64,000 nucleotides of DNA from Clostridia bacterium (lineage in GTDB: Bacteria > Bacillota > Clostridia > Oscillospirales > CAG-272). Every line of letters begins with the position of its first letter. The stretch's first letter is position 1. Below, one piece after another: positions 45,705 through 55,285 of this stretch. The stretch lies in NCBI GenBank assembly GCA_017536475.1, contig JAFXHH010000021.1, positions 4,431 to 68,430 on the forward strand, written 5' to 3'. Under the pieces are notes generated by a model, which saw only the letters and a list, made by a program, of their open reading frames with translations, did not search any database and was not told where the DNA came from. Made by a program: the position numbers and the translations under genes.

Positions 45705-46745
45705 ATGCTTTACGATAATATACAGAATATAAATTTGGGGCAAATGATCGGAATAGAGGCGCTTGCCGTCTGCGCGGTCGTATTTTTACTGACCGTCCTT
45801 GCGACAAGACTCATTCTTCCCGTGCTCCGCGCTAAAAAACTCAATCAGCCGATAAATATGTACGTTGCAGAGCACGCAGGCAAGGCGGGCACACCCACGA
45901 TGGGCGGTATTTGCTTTATTATCTCGTCGCTTACCACGATGCTTGTGTGGATAATACTCGAAAAGTGCGGCTTGATTGGGCACAGCGCAGGTAAAGAGCT
46001 TATTCCTCTTGCGCTGACCCTCTGCCTTGGTGTTGCCAACGGTCTTATCGGCTTTATCGACGATTATAAAAAGCTTGTCAAGAAAGAGAATGAGGGACTG
46101 AGCGAAGCACAGAAATTTATTTTGCAGACCGTGGTAGCGGCGGCGTATCTTGCGATGATGGGTATGACGGACAATCTTACCACCGCGCTTAAGATCCCCT
46201 TTATCGACTTCTCGCTCGAGCTCGGTTGGTTCGCGTACGCAGTTTATCTTGTGATCATCGTAGGCTTCGTCAACAGCACGAATATCACCGACGGACTCGA
46301 CGGACTTGCCTCCTCGATCGGTGTTTCGGTAGGCATGGCGCTTATCGTCATCTCGGTGCTGCTCGGCTCGAGATATACGGGCGTGGCTTCGGGAATGCTC
46401 GTAGGCGCACTGCTCGGATTCCTCGTATTCAATCATTACCCCGCAAAAATATTTATGGGTGACACGGGCTCGCTATTTATCGGCGGCATAATTATGGGCT
46501 GCGCGATCAGTGAAGGACAGCTGCTTGCAGTTATCATAATGTCGTTAGTGTTCATCTTTGAAATGCTCTCAAGCCTTATGCAGAGAGTCTATTTCAAGCT
46601 GACCCACGGCAAGCGCTTGTTCAAAAAAGCCCCCGTACACCACCATTTCCAGCTTCTTGATTGGTCTGAAATTAAGATCGTTACCGTGTTCTTTCTCGTC
46701 TCGCTCGCTCTTTGCGCGATCGGCGTGCTCGGCGCGGTGATATAA
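45705..46745 (+). CDS. mraY: Phospho-N-acetylmuramoyl-pentapeptide transferase
   Basis: Contains GTPTMGG, NSTNITDGLDGLA, GDTGSL and HHHFQL. Confidence 0.95.
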   Translation: MLYDNIQNINLGQMIGIEALAVCAVVFLLTVLATRLILPVLRAKKLNQPINMYVAEHAGKAGTPTMGGICFIISSLTTMLVWIILEKCGLIGHSAGKELIPLALTLCLGVANGLIGFIDDYKKLVKKENEGLSEAQKFILQTVVAAAYLAMMGMTDNLTTALKIPFIDFSLELGWFAYAVYLVIIVGFVNSTNITDGLDGLASSIGVSVGMALIVISVLLGSRYTGVASGMLVGALLGFLVFNHYPAKIFMGDTGSLFIGGIIMGCAISEGQLLAVIIMSLVFIFEMLSSLMQRVYFKLTHGKRLFKKAPVHHHFQLLDWSEIKIVTVFFLVSLALCAIGVLGAVI

Positions 46746-46807
46746 GAGATTTGTAAATATAAAAACAGTATCTATGAGCCGCTGGCTTTAGAGGAAAGGA
46801 GTATTCA

Positions 46808-48094
46808 GTGAGTCAAAAGGATCCAAACGAAAAAAAGAATAAAGGCTTTTTCGTTCGCCGTATGGTCAACAAGCTGAACGACTCCTACGAAAAAAGCCTT
46901 GAAAAAAACGACCCCATCTACCTCGAGCCGATACATAAGCCGAAGGACTACGACGCTGACGGCGAAAGAGTCTTGGTCCGTGGCGGGATTGACGTCTATT
47001 TCCTAATAATCGTAATAGCTCTGGCGCTTTTCGGCGCGGTCATGGCGTACAGCGCCAGCGCGTACGAGGCGGAAAGATTTATGGGCGATAGCCTCTATTA
47101 TTTCAAGCGCCACCTGATATTTTTGCTCGTAGCAACGGTCTTTACCGCGATCTTCGTGATCTACGCGCGGCCGTGGTTCTGGCGAGTGTTCGGAATAGGC
47201 GTTTACGGCATAGCGGCGGTGCTGTTGCTTGCCGTGCTCGTGATCGGAACGGCGGGCGGCGGCGCGCAAAGATGGATCGCGATCGGTCCGTTGACCATTC
47301 AGCCCTCTGAGATCGCAAAAGTGGCGATCGTTATGATCTTGGCGCTCGTGATGTCAAAATATGAAAAGAAAATTGAGCTTTCCCAGCGCTTTGGCGGTCA
47401 TTTCCGCTACGGCGTGCTCTATCCGGGAATACTTATAGTGCTGATCTGCGGACTCGTAATGCTCGAGCGACACCTTTCGGGACTTATCATTATCGGTCTT
47501 TTGGGCTTGATAATTATGTTCATCGGCGGCACGGACGGTAAATGGATGGCGCTTATCGTTGTCGCGGGTATCGTCGGAGTCGGCGCGGTGCTCCTCGTTT
47601 CGGACTATGCACAAGAGCGTGTTTTGACTTGGCTCTTTATCGAAAAAGCCGATCCGCTTGGTTCTGCTTGGCAGACTTGGCAAGGACTGTATGCTATCGG
47701 CTCGGGCGGCTTGTTCGGCGTGGGGCTTGGCAACAGTACTCAAAAATACGGCTACGTTTCAGAGCCGCAAAACGACTTTATTTTCACGATAGTGTGCGAG
47801 GAGCTCGGATTCTTCGGCGCATTGATCGTTATAACTCTGTTCGTGCTCTTGCTCTGGAGAGGATATAAGATCGCATCGAAATGCCCCGATAAATTCTCCT
47901 CGCTCGTAGTCTACGGACTGACGACCAAGGTAGCACTCCAAACGGCAATGAATATCGCCGTTGTAACGAACTCGATGCCCAATACGGGAATCTCTCTGCC
48001 GTTCTTCTCGTCGGGAGGAACCGCATTGATGCTGCAGATATTTGAAATGGGAATCATCTTGTCGATGTCGAGGTTCTCTTACGTTAAGAAATAA
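46808..48094 (+). CDS. ftsW: SEDS-family peptidoglycan glycosyltransferase (FtsW/SpoVE)
   Basis: Contains GGAQRWI, QPSEIAK, GLGNS, NDFIF and PFFSSGGT. GTG start after aaaggag. Confidence 0.9.
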   Translation: MSQKDPNEKKNKGFFVRRMVNKLNDSYEKSLEKNDPIYLEPIHKPKDYDADGERVLVRGGIDVYFLIIVIALALFGAVMAYSASAYEAERFMGDSLYYFKRHLIFLLVATVFTAIFVIYARPWFWRVFGIGVYGIAAVLLLAVLVIGTAGGGAQRWIAIGPLTIQPSEIAKVAIVMILALVMSKYEKKIELSQRFGGHFRYGVLYPGILIVLICGLVMLERHLSGLIIIGLLGLIIMFIGGTDGKWMALIVVAGIVGVGAVLLVSDYAQERVLTWLFIEKADPLGSAWQTWQGLYAIGSGGLFGVGLGNSTQKYGYVSEPQNDFIFTIVCEELGFFGALIVITLFVLLLWRGYKIASKCPDKFSSLVVYGLTTKVALQTAMNIAVVTNSMPNTGISLPFFSSGGTALMLQIFEMGIILSMSRFSYVKK

Positions 48095-48249
48095 TAGCTT
48101 TTGTCTTTTTTTGAGACCGTCATCGTTTTCAAACCGTAACGTCGAAGAGATCACCTGATTTTATTGAAAGTTTTTGAAGTCGAGAAACCTTTTTCCAAAA
48201 AGTTTCTTGTGGGGTGCAGGGGCAAAGCCCTGCATAGAAAGGAATTTTA

Positions 48250-49362
48250 ATGCGAGTATTAATGACAGGCGGCGGCACTGCGGGACACGTCAATCCCGCG
48301 ATCGCGATTGCCAATACTATAAAGGAATATGAGCCCGAGAGCGAGATAGCGTTCGTCTGCTCAAGGCTTGCGAGAGATAAGGCGCAGGATCTTGTTCCGC
48401 GCGCGGGCTACGAGAGCTTGTACCGTGTGGATATATGCGGAAGCTATCCGATCTGGAACCCGAAGAACCTCAAGACCGCGTATCTTATGATAAAATCGAA
48501 GCGTCAGGCGAAGAAGATCATTGAAAAATTCAAGCCCGACGTGATAATCGGCACGGGCGGATTTGCCTGCTATCCCGTGCTCAACGCGGGCGCGGAGATG
48601 GGAATCCCCACGCTTGTCCACGAGTCGAACGCGATACCGGGTAAGGCAGTCAAAAAGCTTGCTAGAAAGGTAGACTGCGTAATGACCAACTTTGAGTCGT
48701 CGGCAAAGATGATAAGCGGCGCGAAAAAGATAATACACGTCGGTAATCCGAACGTGATCGGTCAGAAAAATAGCGACGGAGTACAAATAGCACAAGGATA
48801 CGCAAAAAGTGTGCTTATTTTCGGAGGCTCGCTTGGCGCGGAGACGCTCAACCGAGCGGTTGTAGATATGCTCGAGAAAATTGCAGACCAATACCCCGAT
48901 ACCGAATTTTATCACGCCGCAGGCAAGCGCGACTTCGAGGCACTCGGTGAAATATATAGAAATCGAGGACTTGCGGAGAAAAACAACGTCAAGCTCGTAG
49001 ACTATATCTACGATATGGACGCGCGAATGAAAAGGGCAGATCTCGTGATCTCCCGCGCGGGCGCGATGACGATATCCGAGCTTTCTTTGCTTGGTAAGGC
49101 TGCAATACTCGTTCCGTCGCCGTACGTTGCCGCAAACCATCAGTATAAGAACGCCAAGGCACTTTATGACGCGGGCGCATGCGAGCTTATCGAGGAATCA
49201 GAGTTTGATGGCGGAAAGCTCACCGCAGCTACCAAAAGATTGCTTTCGGACAAGTCGGAGAGAGCGCAGATGAGAGAAAATATAAAAGCCTTTGCCAAGC
49301 CCGAATCAAACCGTATTATATACGAAGAGATCGTAAAAACGGCGCAAAAGAAGTCGAAATAA
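48250..49362 (+). CDS. murG: UDP-N-acetylglucosamine--N-acetylmuramyl-(pentapeptide) pyrophosphoryl-undecaprenol N-acetylglucosamine transferase
   Basis: Contains GGGTAGHVNPA and GGSLGA, with a GT28 architecture. Confidence 0.93.
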   Translation: MRVLMTGGGTAGHVNPAIAIANTIKEYEPESEIAFVCSRLARDKAQDLVPRAGYESLYRVDICGSYPIWNPKNLKTAYLMIKSKRQAKKIIEKFKPDVIIGTGGFACYPVLNAGAEMGIPTLVHESNAIPGKAVKKLARKVDCVMTNFESSAKMISGAKKIIHVGNPNVIGQKNSDGVQIAQGYAKSVLIFGGSLGAETLNRAVVDMLEKIADQYPDTEFYHAAGKRDFEALGEIYRNRGLAEKNNVKLVDYIYDMDARMKRADLVISRAGAMTISELSLLGKAAILVPSPYVAANHQYKNAKALYDAGACELIEESEFDGGKLTAATKRLLSDKSERAQMRENIKAFAKPESNRIIYEEIVKTAQKKSK

Positions 49363-49415
49363 GAAACATATTGTAGATAAATAAACAGAAAGTTAAGGAA
49401 AAGGAGGACGAGCAC

Positions 49416-50315
49416 GTGAAAAATAACGAAAACGACGCTGCAAAAGCCACTCGAAAAAAGCTTGAGAGCATCAGAGATAATCTTTGCATGAAATACGGCG
49501 AGAAGGGCGCGCGCAGGATCGTAATTGCAGTAGCCGTGGCCACAGTCGCGCTTGTCGCTCTCCTTATATTGATCTTTCTGTTTCCAATAAGAAGCATTGC
49601 CGTCAGCGGCGAGGTCACTATGTTCAACGAGGGCGAGATCATCGAAGCGGCGGAGATAAGCGAGGGAGATAGCATCTTTCTTCGCTCGTCGTGGGATATC
49701 AAGCGAACCATTCGCAAAAATCTCCCGCTTGCCGATGATATCAAGGTCACAAAGACACTTTCGGGCACGGTCAAGATCAAAATCACCTTCGACGACGTAA
49801 AATATTATACCAAGGTCGACGGTATCTATTACGCGATCGACAGCGAACTGCGAGTGTTAGATTCAAACGAGTCGGGTGCAAAATACTCGGCATACGGTGC
49901 GGTCTACGTCAGGCTTCCCGAGGTCAGACCGCTTGAGATCGGCGAAAAAATAGTCTTTTACGACACGGTGGAGGAGACCGACACCGAGGGAGAAACGCTT
50001 TACGAGGTCATTGACGTAAAATATTACTCATACGTTGCCGATTTTCTTTCAAAGGTCGAGGATAGCGGATTCTGGGAACAGGCAAACGGCATTTTGCTAA
50101 CGGAAAAATATGACGTCACGCTGATATACGCCGACAAATATAAAATAAGATTTGGCAGTATAGCCGAGCTCGACTCAAAGCTTCGAGTTCTGTTCGGAAT
50201 ACTCGACGAGGGCTCTACGCAGTATGCCGATAAGGTCGAGATCGATCTTACTGATCCCTCCGCGGCGATAGCAAGACCCGATCCCACGCTCGATTTTGAC
50301 GAATTTTTCGATTGA
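49416..50315 (+). CDS. ftsQ: FtsQ/DivIB-type cell division protein (TM plus POTRA)
   Basis: Single TM helix and a POTRA-like segment IRSIAVSGEVTMFNEGEIIEAAEISEGDSIFL, in the dcw position after murG. Confidence 0.7.
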   Translation: MKNNENDAAKATRKKLESIRDNLCMKYGEKGARRIVIAVAVATVALVALLILIFLFPIRSIAVSGEVTMFNEGEIIEAAEISEGDSIFLRSSWDIKRTIRKNLPLADDIKVTKTLSGTVKIKITFDDVKYYTKVDGIYYAIDSELRVLDSNESGAKYSAYGAVYVRLPEVRPLEIGEKIVFYDTVEETDTEGETLYEVIDVKYYSYVADFLSKVEDSGFWEQANGILLTEKYDVTLIYADKYKIRFGSIAELDSKLRVLFGILDEGSTQYADKVEIDLTDPSAAIARPDPTLDFDEFFD

Positions 50316-50428
50316 CCAGCTGAAAAATTAATAAGAAAAAAATCCCTGCCTTCAAAAAGCGTATCCAAACGCAAAAGGCAGGGAATAATTTTGTTATCGT
50401 TCCAAATAAAAAGCGGAGATGATAACAA

Positions 50429-51208
50429 ATGTATTATTATAATAAAGTTGAGATATGCGGCGTCAATACGTCCGAGCTTTGCGTGCTCGACGACGACGCG
50501 AAGCGCGAGCTGCTCATAAGAGCACATGCGGGCGACCTTAAGGCAAGAGAAGAGCTGATATACGGCAATCTTCGTCTGGTTTTGTCGGTCATACACCGAT
50601 TTGCAGGCAAAAAAGAGAGCGCGGACGACCTTTTTCAAGTCGGTTGTGTGGGGTTGGTCAAGGCGGTCGACCGCTTCAATACCGAAATGGACGTAAAGTT
50701 TTCAACCTACGCAGTGCCTATGATAATCGGTGAGCTGCGAAGATATCTGCGTGACAGCAACAGTATAAGGGTCAGCCGATCGACAAGAGATCTCGCGTAC
50801 AGAGCCTTGCAGGTCAAGGAGGAGCTGCAGGGAGAAAAAGAGGGTGAGGCGAGCGCGGATGAGATAGCGCAAAGGCTTGGCGTGGAAAGGGAAGCCGTGA
50901 CACGAGCGCTTGAGGCGATAGTCGAGCCGATGTCGATATACGAGCCCGTGTATAGCGAGGGCGGAGATTCGCTATACGTCATAGATCAGCTGAGTGATAA
51001 TAGCTCGAGCGACGAGGTCTGGCTTGAAAATATTGCCTTGAAGGAGGCTTTGAGCAACCTGACCGAGCGAGAAAGAACAATAATAGATATGCGATATTAC
51101 GGCAACAAAACACAGACCGAGATAGCAGAGAAGATCGGCGTTTCGCAAGCGCAGGTCTCAAGACTTGAAAAGTGTGCGCTTGAAAAAATGCGTAAGCAGA
51201 TGGTGTAA
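50429..51208 (+). CDS. sigG: Sporulation sigma factor SigG (forespore, SigF/G group)
   Basis: NKVEICGVNTSELCVL, GNLRLVLSVIHRF, DDLFQVGCVGLVKAVDRF, KFSTYAVPMIIGELRRYLRD and GVSQAQVSRLEK closely parallel B. subtilis SigG. Confidence 0.85.
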   Translation: MYYYNKVEICGVNTSELCVLDDDAKRELLIRAHAGDLKAREELIYGNLRLVLSVIHRFAGKKESADDLFQVGCVGLVKAVDRFNTEMDVKFSTYAVPMIIGELRRYLRDSNSIRVSRSTRDLAYRALQVKEELQGEKEGEASADEIAQRLGVEREAVTRALEAIVEPMSIYEPVYSEGGDSLYVIDQLSDNSSSDEVWLENIALKEALSNLTERERTIIDMRYYGNKTQTEIAEKIGVSQAQVSRLEKCALEKMRKQMV

Positions 51209-51226
51209 GTCGCTTTCAAGGCAAAC

Positions 51227-51262
51227 AAAAGCAACCGACTCCCGCGAGAGTCGGTTGCTTTT
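51227..51262. terminator. Bidirectional terminator between sigG and ftsZ
   Basis: Hairpin aaaagcaaccgactc/gagtcggttgctttt. Confidence 0.85.
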
Positions 51263-51277
51263 ACGTTAAGTATAAAA

Positions 51278-52294
51278 TTACTTGGTCTTGATGCCGCCGA
51301 TAAGATCGCCCCAACGGTCGTCCTTTTCGTCAGCTTTCTTGTCAAAGCCCGTAGCAATGATAGTGATCTGCATCTCGTCCTCAAGCTCGTCGTCAAAGCC
51401 GACACCCCAGATGATGTTCGCGTCGGGATGAGCTTCGTTTTGGATGAGAGTAGCTGCAAGCTCTGCATCCTCGAGACCAACGTCGGGAGAAACGACGAAT
51501 CTGATAAGGATTCCATGGGAGCCCTTGATAGAGGATTCGAGAAGGGGACTGGAGATAGCCATCTTCGCTGCGATCTCTGCCTTGTCCTTGCCTGTAGCAA
51601 CGCCGGTGCCCATGTGAGCGTAGCCTGCATCTCTCATAATGGTGGAAACGTCTGCAAAGTCGAGTGCGATGAAGGAATCGCCGTTTACGAGATCGGAGAT
51701 GCTCTTAACACCGGTGTAAAGTACGCTGTCAGCAACCTCAAATGCGTTCTTGAGAGTGATTCTCTGGTCGCTTGCTTCCTTGAGCTTATCGTTGGGAATG
51801 ATGATGAGGGCGTCAACGAACTTGGAGAGCTCGGCAATGCCGTCCTCTGCGTTCTTTGCTCTTACCTTGCCTTCAAAAGAGAAGGGACGGGTAACGATAC
51901 CTATGGTAAGTATGCCCATTTCCTTTGCGATACGAGCAACTACGGGAGCTGCGCCCGTACCTGTGCCACCGCCCATACCTGCGGTAACGAAGACCATATC
52001 GGTCTCTCCGAGGAGAGACTTGATCTCGTCGAGAGATTCTTCAGCCGCGCGCTTACCGATCTCGGGGCGAGCGCCTGCGCCTCTGCCACCGGTCAGCTTT
52101 TCGCCGATAACGAGCTGAGAGGGAGCGTTGGAACGGTTAAGAGCCATACGGTCGGTATTTACGGTGATGAATTCAACTCCGCGAAGATTGGAGAAGATCA
52201 TTCTGTTTACGGCGTTATTTCCGCCTCCGCCTACGCCTACTACCTTTATGTTGGCGCCAACACCGATTGCTTCGTCGTGTTCAAATAATCCCAT
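51278..52294 (-). CDS. ftsZ: Cell division GTPase FtsZ, a short form of 338 aa with almost no C-terminal linker
   Basis: Contains [13 protein letters not shown] and the tubulin signature [13 protein letters not shown]. The C-terminus is [17 protein letters not shown]. Confidence 0.93.
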   Translation of the reverse strand: MGLFEHDEAIGVGANIKVVGVGGGGNNAVNRMIFSNLRGVEFITVNTDRMALNRSNAPSQLVIGEKLTGGRGAGARPEIGKRAAEESLDEIKSLLGETDMVFVTAGMGGGTGTGAAPVVARIAKEMGILTIGIVTRPFSFEGKVRAKNAEDGIAELSKFVDALIIIPNDKLKEASDQRITLKNAFEVADSVLYTGVKSISDLVNGDSFIALDFADVSTIMRDAGYAHMGTGVATGKDKAEIAAKMAISSPLLESSIKGSHGILIRFVVSPDVGLEDAELAATLIQNEAHPDANIIWGVGFDDELEDEMQITIIATGFDKKADEKDDRWGDLIGGIKTK

Positions 52295-52449
52295 TTCTGT
52301 AATCCTCCGATTTATATATTCCTAAATTTTATTTTATCAGATCACACCGTAAGGTGCAATATAATCTAATTTAATGATAATACATTTGCGATAAAAAAGC
52401 AATAGCTTTTAAAAACTTTTTGCAATTTTCAAAAACGTAACGATACGGC

Positions 52450-53199
52450 TCAGCTTTTGAAAAATTCTTTTGCAAAGGTGGCTCCGTAAGCTCCCGAATA
52501 CATGTTGTATCGGGGCGAATTTTGAAACGTTGCCATAGTCGTGACGTAAACGGTGTCACTGACTATCAAATGATCAATAAGAGGCACGCCGATTACCCGA
52601 AGCGTGACGTCAAGCAGGTGAGCGAGATTTTGATCGGCAGCACTTGGCTCAAGGTTGCCGCTTGGGTGATTGTGTGCGATCAGAACGCTTACGGCGTTAC
52701 AAATGACCGCTTCTCTCGCAATCTGTTGAGGAGATACCGCGATCTCTGTCGGACCGCCCTGGTCAAGCTCGGTGATTTTTATTATCTTCATCTGGGAATC
52801 GAAGAAAAGCACGCAAAGCTTTTCTTTGTTGTACCCGCGATAATATTTAACGAGAAATTCTCCGATCGACGATATACTGGAGAAAGTTTTCCTGATGTCG
52901 GGAGAGACATTTCCGATACGGTTCGTTACTCTGCCTATCAGAAAAAGATATTTCACAGTAGATTTACCTACACCGTTGACTCTGCAAAGTCGTTCGGGCT
53001 CGGCGGAGAAAACTCCGTCAAGAGAACCGAATTCGTTTATGAGATCGTGTGCGATCTCGTTGACGTTTATTCTTGGTATGGCATAGAAAAGCAACAGTTC
53101 TAAAAGCTCGTGATCCGAAAATACTCGGTCGGAAAACTCCGAAAATTTGCTTTTCATTCGGGCGCGGTGCCCTGCGTGAGATGAGTTGGTTACTGACAT
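52450..53199 (-). CDS. radC: RadC-family JAB/MPN domain protein with an N-terminal HhH region
   Basis: Contains the JAMM motif LIAHNHPSGNLEPSAAD and the N-terminal segment LLELLLFYAIPRINVNEIAHDLINEFGSL. Confidence 0.88.
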   Translation of the reverse strand: MSVTNSSHAGHRARMKSKFSEFSDRVFSDHELLELLLFYAIPRINVNEIAHDLINEFGSLDGVFSAEPERLCRVNGVGKSTVKYLFLIGRVTNRIGNVSPDIRKTFSSISSIGEFLVKYYRGYNKEKLCVLFFDSQMKIIKITELDQGGPTEIAVSPQQIAREAVICNAVSVLIAHNHPSGNLEPSAADQNLAHLLDVTLRVIGVPLIDHLIVSDTVYVTTMATFQNSPRYNMYSGAYGATFAKEFFKS

Positions 53200-53525
53200 A
53201 AAGACCTCTGCTTGTTTGATGAAGCTTTGAATGATTATGCGAAAATCCCAATGGGATATTTTCTTATGGTGATTGATTAGTTTGGATCAAAAAGGAAGCG
53301 CCAAACGCTGATTTGCGATCGATATGAATAAATATCCGTTATCGGTCTGTAACCAAAGCGCTTGCGCGGTCGCATTTCCTTTGCGGAAAAAGGAGATCTT
53401 GGCGATCCGTTCTATGCGTAACGCGCCAAATATGTCGTTTTAATTCTTACTGCGTGCTCCCATGTGATACAATAAATACAATTTCTCTGTCGAAGCATAT
53501 GGAACGACAGACGCGAGGTGGAAAA

Positions 53526-53729
53526 ATGACGGTTGTATTTGTAAACGCAAAGCTCATAGTCTGTGAGGACGGGAGCTTCGGCATAGTCGCCGAGGTTGAC
53601 GGCGAAGTTTCATATTATCGAAGCCTTAGTCTCGAGCGCGAGCGCGTAGAGAGGCTTGTTCGACTGATAAACGACGGGGAAGTGAGCCGACTGCATATAG
53701 ACGAGATCATTGAGGACTTTCTCGGGTGA
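53526..53729 (+). CDS. Hypothetical 67-aa protein
   Basis: The ATG is preceded by gaggtgg. The gene is convergent with the repressor gene. Confidence 0.45.
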   Translation: MTVVFVNAKLIVCEDGSFGIVAEVDGEVSYYRSLSLERERVERLVRLINDGEVSRLHIDEIIEDFLG

Positions 53730-53746
53730 TCGGACTCCCAAAAGCC

Positions 53747-54367
53747 TTATCTTATATCAGATTTAAACGCGACGGCTCTGCCGATGATGTGTATCTTTTC
53801 AAGGTCTCGGCCCACGAACACAAGCGGCTCGTAGCTGCTGTTTTCGGGAATGAGCATAAGCTTTTCGCTTTCGGGGTAGTAGTAAACGCGCTTGAGAGTA
53901 GCCTCGTCGTTGATGATGACCGCGGCGATCTCGCCGTTGTTGACCGTGTCGGATTTTTTGATAAACACGGTGTCTCCGTTGCAGATCCGCGCATCCTTCA
54001 TGCTGTCGCCCTTGGCGATGAGACAGAAATCCGCATCGGTCTCCGCGTCGGTAACTACCATATCTCCGTCCTCCTCGTTGGCGAAAATGGGCGCTCCGCA
54101 AGCGATCTCGCCGATGATGGGAAGGAATTTGAAATTAGCGTTCTTTATCTCTGCGACCGAGGGAGTGTCGGAGCTGCCGAGAAGATAGGTTTCGCTTACG
54201 TTCAGCGCCTGAGCTATAGCGCAGATAGCGTCTGCCTTCGGTACGTAAACGCCGCTGAGATATTGACTTAAGCGGGGCTTTGAAATCCCCGTTCGTCTTG
54301 AGAGCTCGGCGGCTCTCATATTTTTTTCGGCCATAGCGGATGCCAGGCGATTTTTAAAATCTGTCAT
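53747..54367 (-). CDS. XRE-family HTH plus peptidase S24 repressor (phage CI/LexA-like, self-cleaving type)
   Basis: HTH MRAAELSRRTGISKPRLSQYLSG, a Cys-Gly candidate cleavage site in GEIACGAPIF, catalytic Ser in AKGDSM and Lys in ATLKRV. The ATG at 54367 is 5 nt after GAGGT. Confidence 0.88.
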   Translation of the reverse strand: MTDFKNRLASAMAEKNMRAAELSRRTGISKPRLSQYLSGVYVPKADAICAIAQALNVSETYLLGSSDTPSVAEIKNANFKFLPIIGEIACGAPIFANEEDGDMVVTDAETDADFCLIAKGDSMKDARICNGDTVFIKKSDTVNNGEIAAVIINDEATLKRVYYYPESEKLMLIPENSSYEPLVFVGRDLEKIHIIGRAVAFKSDIR

Positions 54368-54432
54368 ACGGAACCTCGTTAGAACTCCCAAACGTCGAAG
54401 GACGTTTCGTGATTAGTTAAGCTTACTGTAAT

Positions 54433-54461
54433 ATTATACCGCACAGTTAAGCAAATGTCAA
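54433..54461 (-). promoter_or_regulatory. Leftward consensus promoter of the repressor gene
   Basis: On the minus strand: TTGACA (54461-54456), a 17-nt spacer and TATAAT (54438-54433). The spacer contains the motif CACAGTTAAG (54442-54451 on the plus strand). Confidence 0.75.
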
Positions 54462-54688
54462 TAGGTTTTTTGAAAAAAGTTAAACAATATTAATTAAAAT
54501 TTGATGTTTTTTGCTCTTTTTTGCAGTTTTGCTCGGGGGAAGGGAAACAAGCGAACGAGAAGCGACCCTTGATGAGAAAAATTTGCAGAAAAAATTTCAC
54601 TGCGACATCAGCATCGAATTGTAAAAGCTTTATGCTGTAAGGATTTTCGCCCTATGGAAAAAATCACCTATAAATGCGCCGCAGGGGG

Positions 54689-54730
54689 TTGACAAAATAG
54701 AACAAATGTGCTATAATTGGCACAGTTAAG
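54689..54730 (+). promoter_or_regulatory. Rightward consensus promoter with a putative operator at the transcription start
   Basis: TTGACA (54689-94), an 18-nt spacer and TATAAT (54713-18), followed by CACAGTTAAG at 54721-30. Confidence 0.75.
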
Positions 54731-54906
54731 GTTGCAGAGCAGGCAAAAGCAGAAAGCTTTTGGGCAGAACCTGCGATGACTTGCTTGAGTGTGCAAGGGC
54801 GCTGATATTACAGTCTCCGATGTCAAAAAGCCTTATGCCACAACGAATATCGAAGGATACACGGATCTTTTCAAGCTTCAGCCGTTGTCCGACGGTTATT
54901 TTTTTG
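54719..54906 (+). ncRNA. Candidate leader or small RNA of about 180 nt, from the rightward promoter to an intrinsic terminator
   Basis: Promoter at 54689-54718, internal hairpin caaaagc-agaaa-gcttttg, terminator hairpin at 54880-54897 and a T8 run to 54905. No convincing ORF or RBS lies inside. Confidence 0.45.
54880..54905 (+). terminator. Intrinsic terminator upstream of the phage late genes
   Basis: Hairpin agccgt-tgtccg-acggtt followed by attttttt. The stem is short, so the call is moderate. Confidence 0.55.
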
Positions 54907-54994
54907 AGCACCGAGTTAAGCAAACTTAACGAGTGTATAGCGTCTGCCTTTCGTTCTATTCTGCCGAGCGAGCAGGCGCGGAAAGGTTAAGATT

Positions 54995-55285
54995 TTGGCG
55001 ATACAAGGAACATGCCCATATTTGCAAAGCCTGAAGGAAAAGGACAAGATCCGATGCGAATGCGCAGGATTCAAATTTCCCGACAGGATAGCGCGCCGCG
55101 AGATAGTGTACGGCTATTGCGCACACCCGACGGCGTATAAGAATTGCCCGTTTTATCAGGCAATGGATAGATATTACTATGAAAGGAAGTATGCGAGTGA
55201 AACTGACAAGAAGAATATACAGAGGCATCATCGCCCTGAAAAACAAGCAGATAAAGCTCGAGCGAGAGCGAAGCCAAGGCTATAA
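54995..55285 (+). CDS. Cys-rich small protein (96 aa), possible Zn-binding regulator
   Basis: TTG start after ggaaaggt. Cysteines are spaced CPYL...CEC...YC...CPFY. The 3' end overlaps the next ORF by about 95 nt. Confidence 0.45.
   Translation: MAIQGTCPYLQSLKEKDKIRCECAGFKFPDRIARREIVYGYCAHPTAYKNCPFYQAMDRYYYERKYASETDKKNIQRHHRPEKQADKARARAKPRL

Noticed and set aside
52450-53199. radC as part of the phage-derived element (RadC-like anti-restriction cargo).
   Set aside because: It is a full-length RadC with the N-terminal HhH region, as in chromosomal copies, and it is co-oriented with ftsZ. It was kept as host, although the left boundary of the element is not resolved.
54760-54990. ORF 54760-54990(+) as a Cro-like early gene.
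   Set aside because: It has no RBS at either candidate ATG and no HTH-like sequence, and it runs straight through the predicted intrinsic terminator. The region is better explained as untranslated leader RNA.
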